64,000 nucleotides of DNA from the NCBI GenBank assembly GCA_002269645.1, contig NIVC01003211.1:1-64000 (forward strand). Direction: 5' to 3'. Of the stretch, positions 62,004 through 64,000 are shown piece after piece (position 1 is the stretch's first letter; each line of letters begins with the position of its first letter). The notes beneath the pieces were generated by a model, which did not search any database, had not been told where the DNA came from, and saw nothing but the letters and a program-made list of their open reading frames with translations. Source of the DNA: Macrostomum lignano. Lineage: Eukaryota. Both the position numbers and the translations under genes were made by a program.

Positions 62004-62367
62004 ACTGAACTGAGGCAAGAATCAAAACACATTTATTATACATATATATATATTTTAGTACTTACTTATCAATTTTATTTTAGCCTAGCCTTGCTAGCCT
62101 ATACCTATCTAGGTATGCCCCAGGTTGCGGATGGTATGCATGTACGCCGGAACTTTTCCTAGACTATGATGTCACTAGCCTAACAGTAATTAATTTGAGT
62201 AATTAATAGTTTTATTCCTGTGCTTTCGGGGAAATCTCGCATATCTGTTTTTAAATCGTTGCCATCAGACCGCGCCGATACGTGAAGTGACCAAGGAGAC
62301 CACTCAACTTTTTTAAACTTGAGTACAAGTAGGTCCCTGGACGTGACATTCAGTATGCACAGGACGT

Positions 62368-62634
62368 CAGTGGGCCTTTTCATATTGCTTGCTCTGGTTC
62401 CAGAACCAGAACTAATTTGTGAAGTATAACTTTTTGTCTCCATAACTAGAGGGAGATACGTGCTATAAAGTTTTTATTATTGAATGACAATCGCCAAGAA
62501 GAAAGTGAAAATTGTGCTAAGTTATGTTGTTAAGGCAGTCAAATATTAACAGAGTTTAATAGTTATACTGCTGTTTTTCTTGGAATTCCGAACCGATTCT
62601 GGTTCTGGAATTGGTAATATGAAAAGGCCCAGTG
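62368..62634. mobile_element. 267-bp MITE with CA(C/G)TG-ended TIRs (EnSpm-like)
   Basis: CAGTGGGCCTTTTCATATT versus the reverse complement of the right end, CACTGGGCCTTTTCATATT (18/19), plus an inner TTCCAGAACC/GGTTCTGGAA pair. No clear TSD. Confidence 0.75.
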
Positions 62635-63029
62635 ATAATAGTTTTCTTGACTATAGAAATGAAGAGTAAAATTACGTATTCTATCCCAAGTACATATATA
62701 CATGTTTCCTATACATACGGAGTTCAAAGTAGATCTCTTTCAGCTTCTTAGCATATCAGGATTCTGCGTCACGCGTCAGTCGGAGGTTTGATGAAATTTT
62801 AACTGTATTGTTATTTAAAATTTTCAACCTAAAAGCACCGAACGACTCTTTCTCTGAAGTATAACATGCAGTAGTATGATGGTTCAATAATGCGGTGTTT
62901 TTATTGATACCGGCAAACTCGTGTCTGGCTGGCGTTGCTCCAAAACTAAGGGGAACGCTGCATGCCATTTACGCATTGCTGGCAGATCACAAAATTTATG
63001 AACTGGTTTGTGCTGCCAGCACTAATTAA

Positions 63030-64000
63030 ACTGGCGTTTGTGTACACCGCCAACCCCCGGCTTGCGCCCACCCCCTCCCTCGGGAGGGTTTTTATGCCTG
63101 CGGGCTAGCTGAGTCTGTGTCTCGCTGCGCGCTTAAAATTTTTGGAAAAAAATTTTGGACTGCTGAGTCATGTCACAAACCAGCTATAGGAGCTGCGCAC
63201 CGCACCGCCTTGCGTGCAAGAGGCCTGCATACTGCTGGAAACAAACACACCTTGCAAGAGAGACTCCGACAGGCGGAGGCACGAGACTCAGCAGGAGCGC
63301 AATCGATCTCTGGACTCATCGAAGATCGTGACAGCAGAGATCATCCAAGGAGGCAGGAGCTCAGCGAGATGTCTTAAGACGACAGGAGGGCGACAGCCGG
63401 CGACAGGAGGGCGGCAGAAGAGACCCACGGGATGGCAACCTGGACCGGGAGCTGCTGGAGGCGGAGAAGCAGCTGCGCCTGCTGACGATTCGCCGGGATC
63501 AAGCGCGCATGGAGACTGAGATCCGGCAGCTGGGTGGCTAGGTTGATGAGCCGCCGCAACGAACACCGAATGTCGCGGTACCCGGTGAGTACTCAATGCC
63601 TCAATGACTTGGTGTTCGGACCCACAGCTGGAGGGGCAAATGAGGTGCAGCAGCCAGGACAGCAGCATCCGAGCACGTATCGGGTGCCAGACTTCATCAG
63701 CACTCGGAAGCAGCTGTCGCTGAACAAATCGAGCCAGGCGGGGAAGCAGTTAACTCTGGACAGTCTGTCTGTTGGTGACTGGATTACCGGGAATTCGAAT
63801 GCGCTGATGCAGATGCTGAAGGACGGCAGGCTTCTGGTTCTCAGAGACGGCGCCATCGACATGTCGGAGTTGCTTGAGTACCTGAAGCACACAGCCAAGA
63901 TCGGCGACCTCCTTGACCTCGGTTTCGACCGCGGTCGCGTGTTGCGCTACGACGACCAGTTCAGGGTGCAGCAGGCGGGTGCCGGCGCCGGGGACAGCTC
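63030..64000 (+). mobile_element. 5' part of a decayed tyrosine-recombinase (DIRS order, Ngaro-like) retrotransposon gag/ORF1 with an N-terminal SAP-like motif; truncated by the window edge
   Basis: SAP-like (E)LRTALRARGLHTAGNKHTLQERL, then a coiled coil ELLEAEKQLRLL. An open frame from ~63637 to the end reads LDSLSVGDWITGNSNALMQML..LLEYLKHTAKIGDLL..RVLRYDDQFRVQQA, typical of Ngaro-type ORF1. Stops and frameshifts are present. Confidence 0.65.

Overview
Eukaryotic animal DNA. The intron-containing genes, GC-rich exons, minisatellite-filled introns and an SL-like RNA suggest a free-living flatworm such as Macrostomum, but this is inference only. Seven of the eight supported protein-coding genes are on the minus strand: EXOC3/Sec6 (5' five exons, with several 1-nt frameshifts), an NR2C (TR2/TR4-type) nuclear receptor, two tandem TDP-43 (TARDBP) paralogs, intronless UBL5/Hub1, sedoheptulokinase SHPK and a PAIP1-like MIF4G/PAM2 gene. 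The eighth is a plus-strand secreted PAN/Apple + LamG-like ORF split by one in-frame TGA. More than 25 tandem arrays occur, many filling introns almost end to end. Mobile DNA includes an internally deleted Ty3/gypsy element in the intron of one TDP-43 copy, tRNA-derived SINEs, four TIR-bounded non-autonomous elements (two with exact 8-bp TSDs), CpG-decayed EnSpm and gag relics, and a DIRS/Ngaro-like gag at the right edge. The most notable candidates are a ~90-nt spliced-leader-RNA-like sequence at 49251-49340, the asymmetric TDP-43 duplication, the in-frame TGA gene, and a 28-mer array shared by the 3' flanks of two unrelated genes. All calls were made by eye with no database searches; protein identities rest on remembered family motifs.
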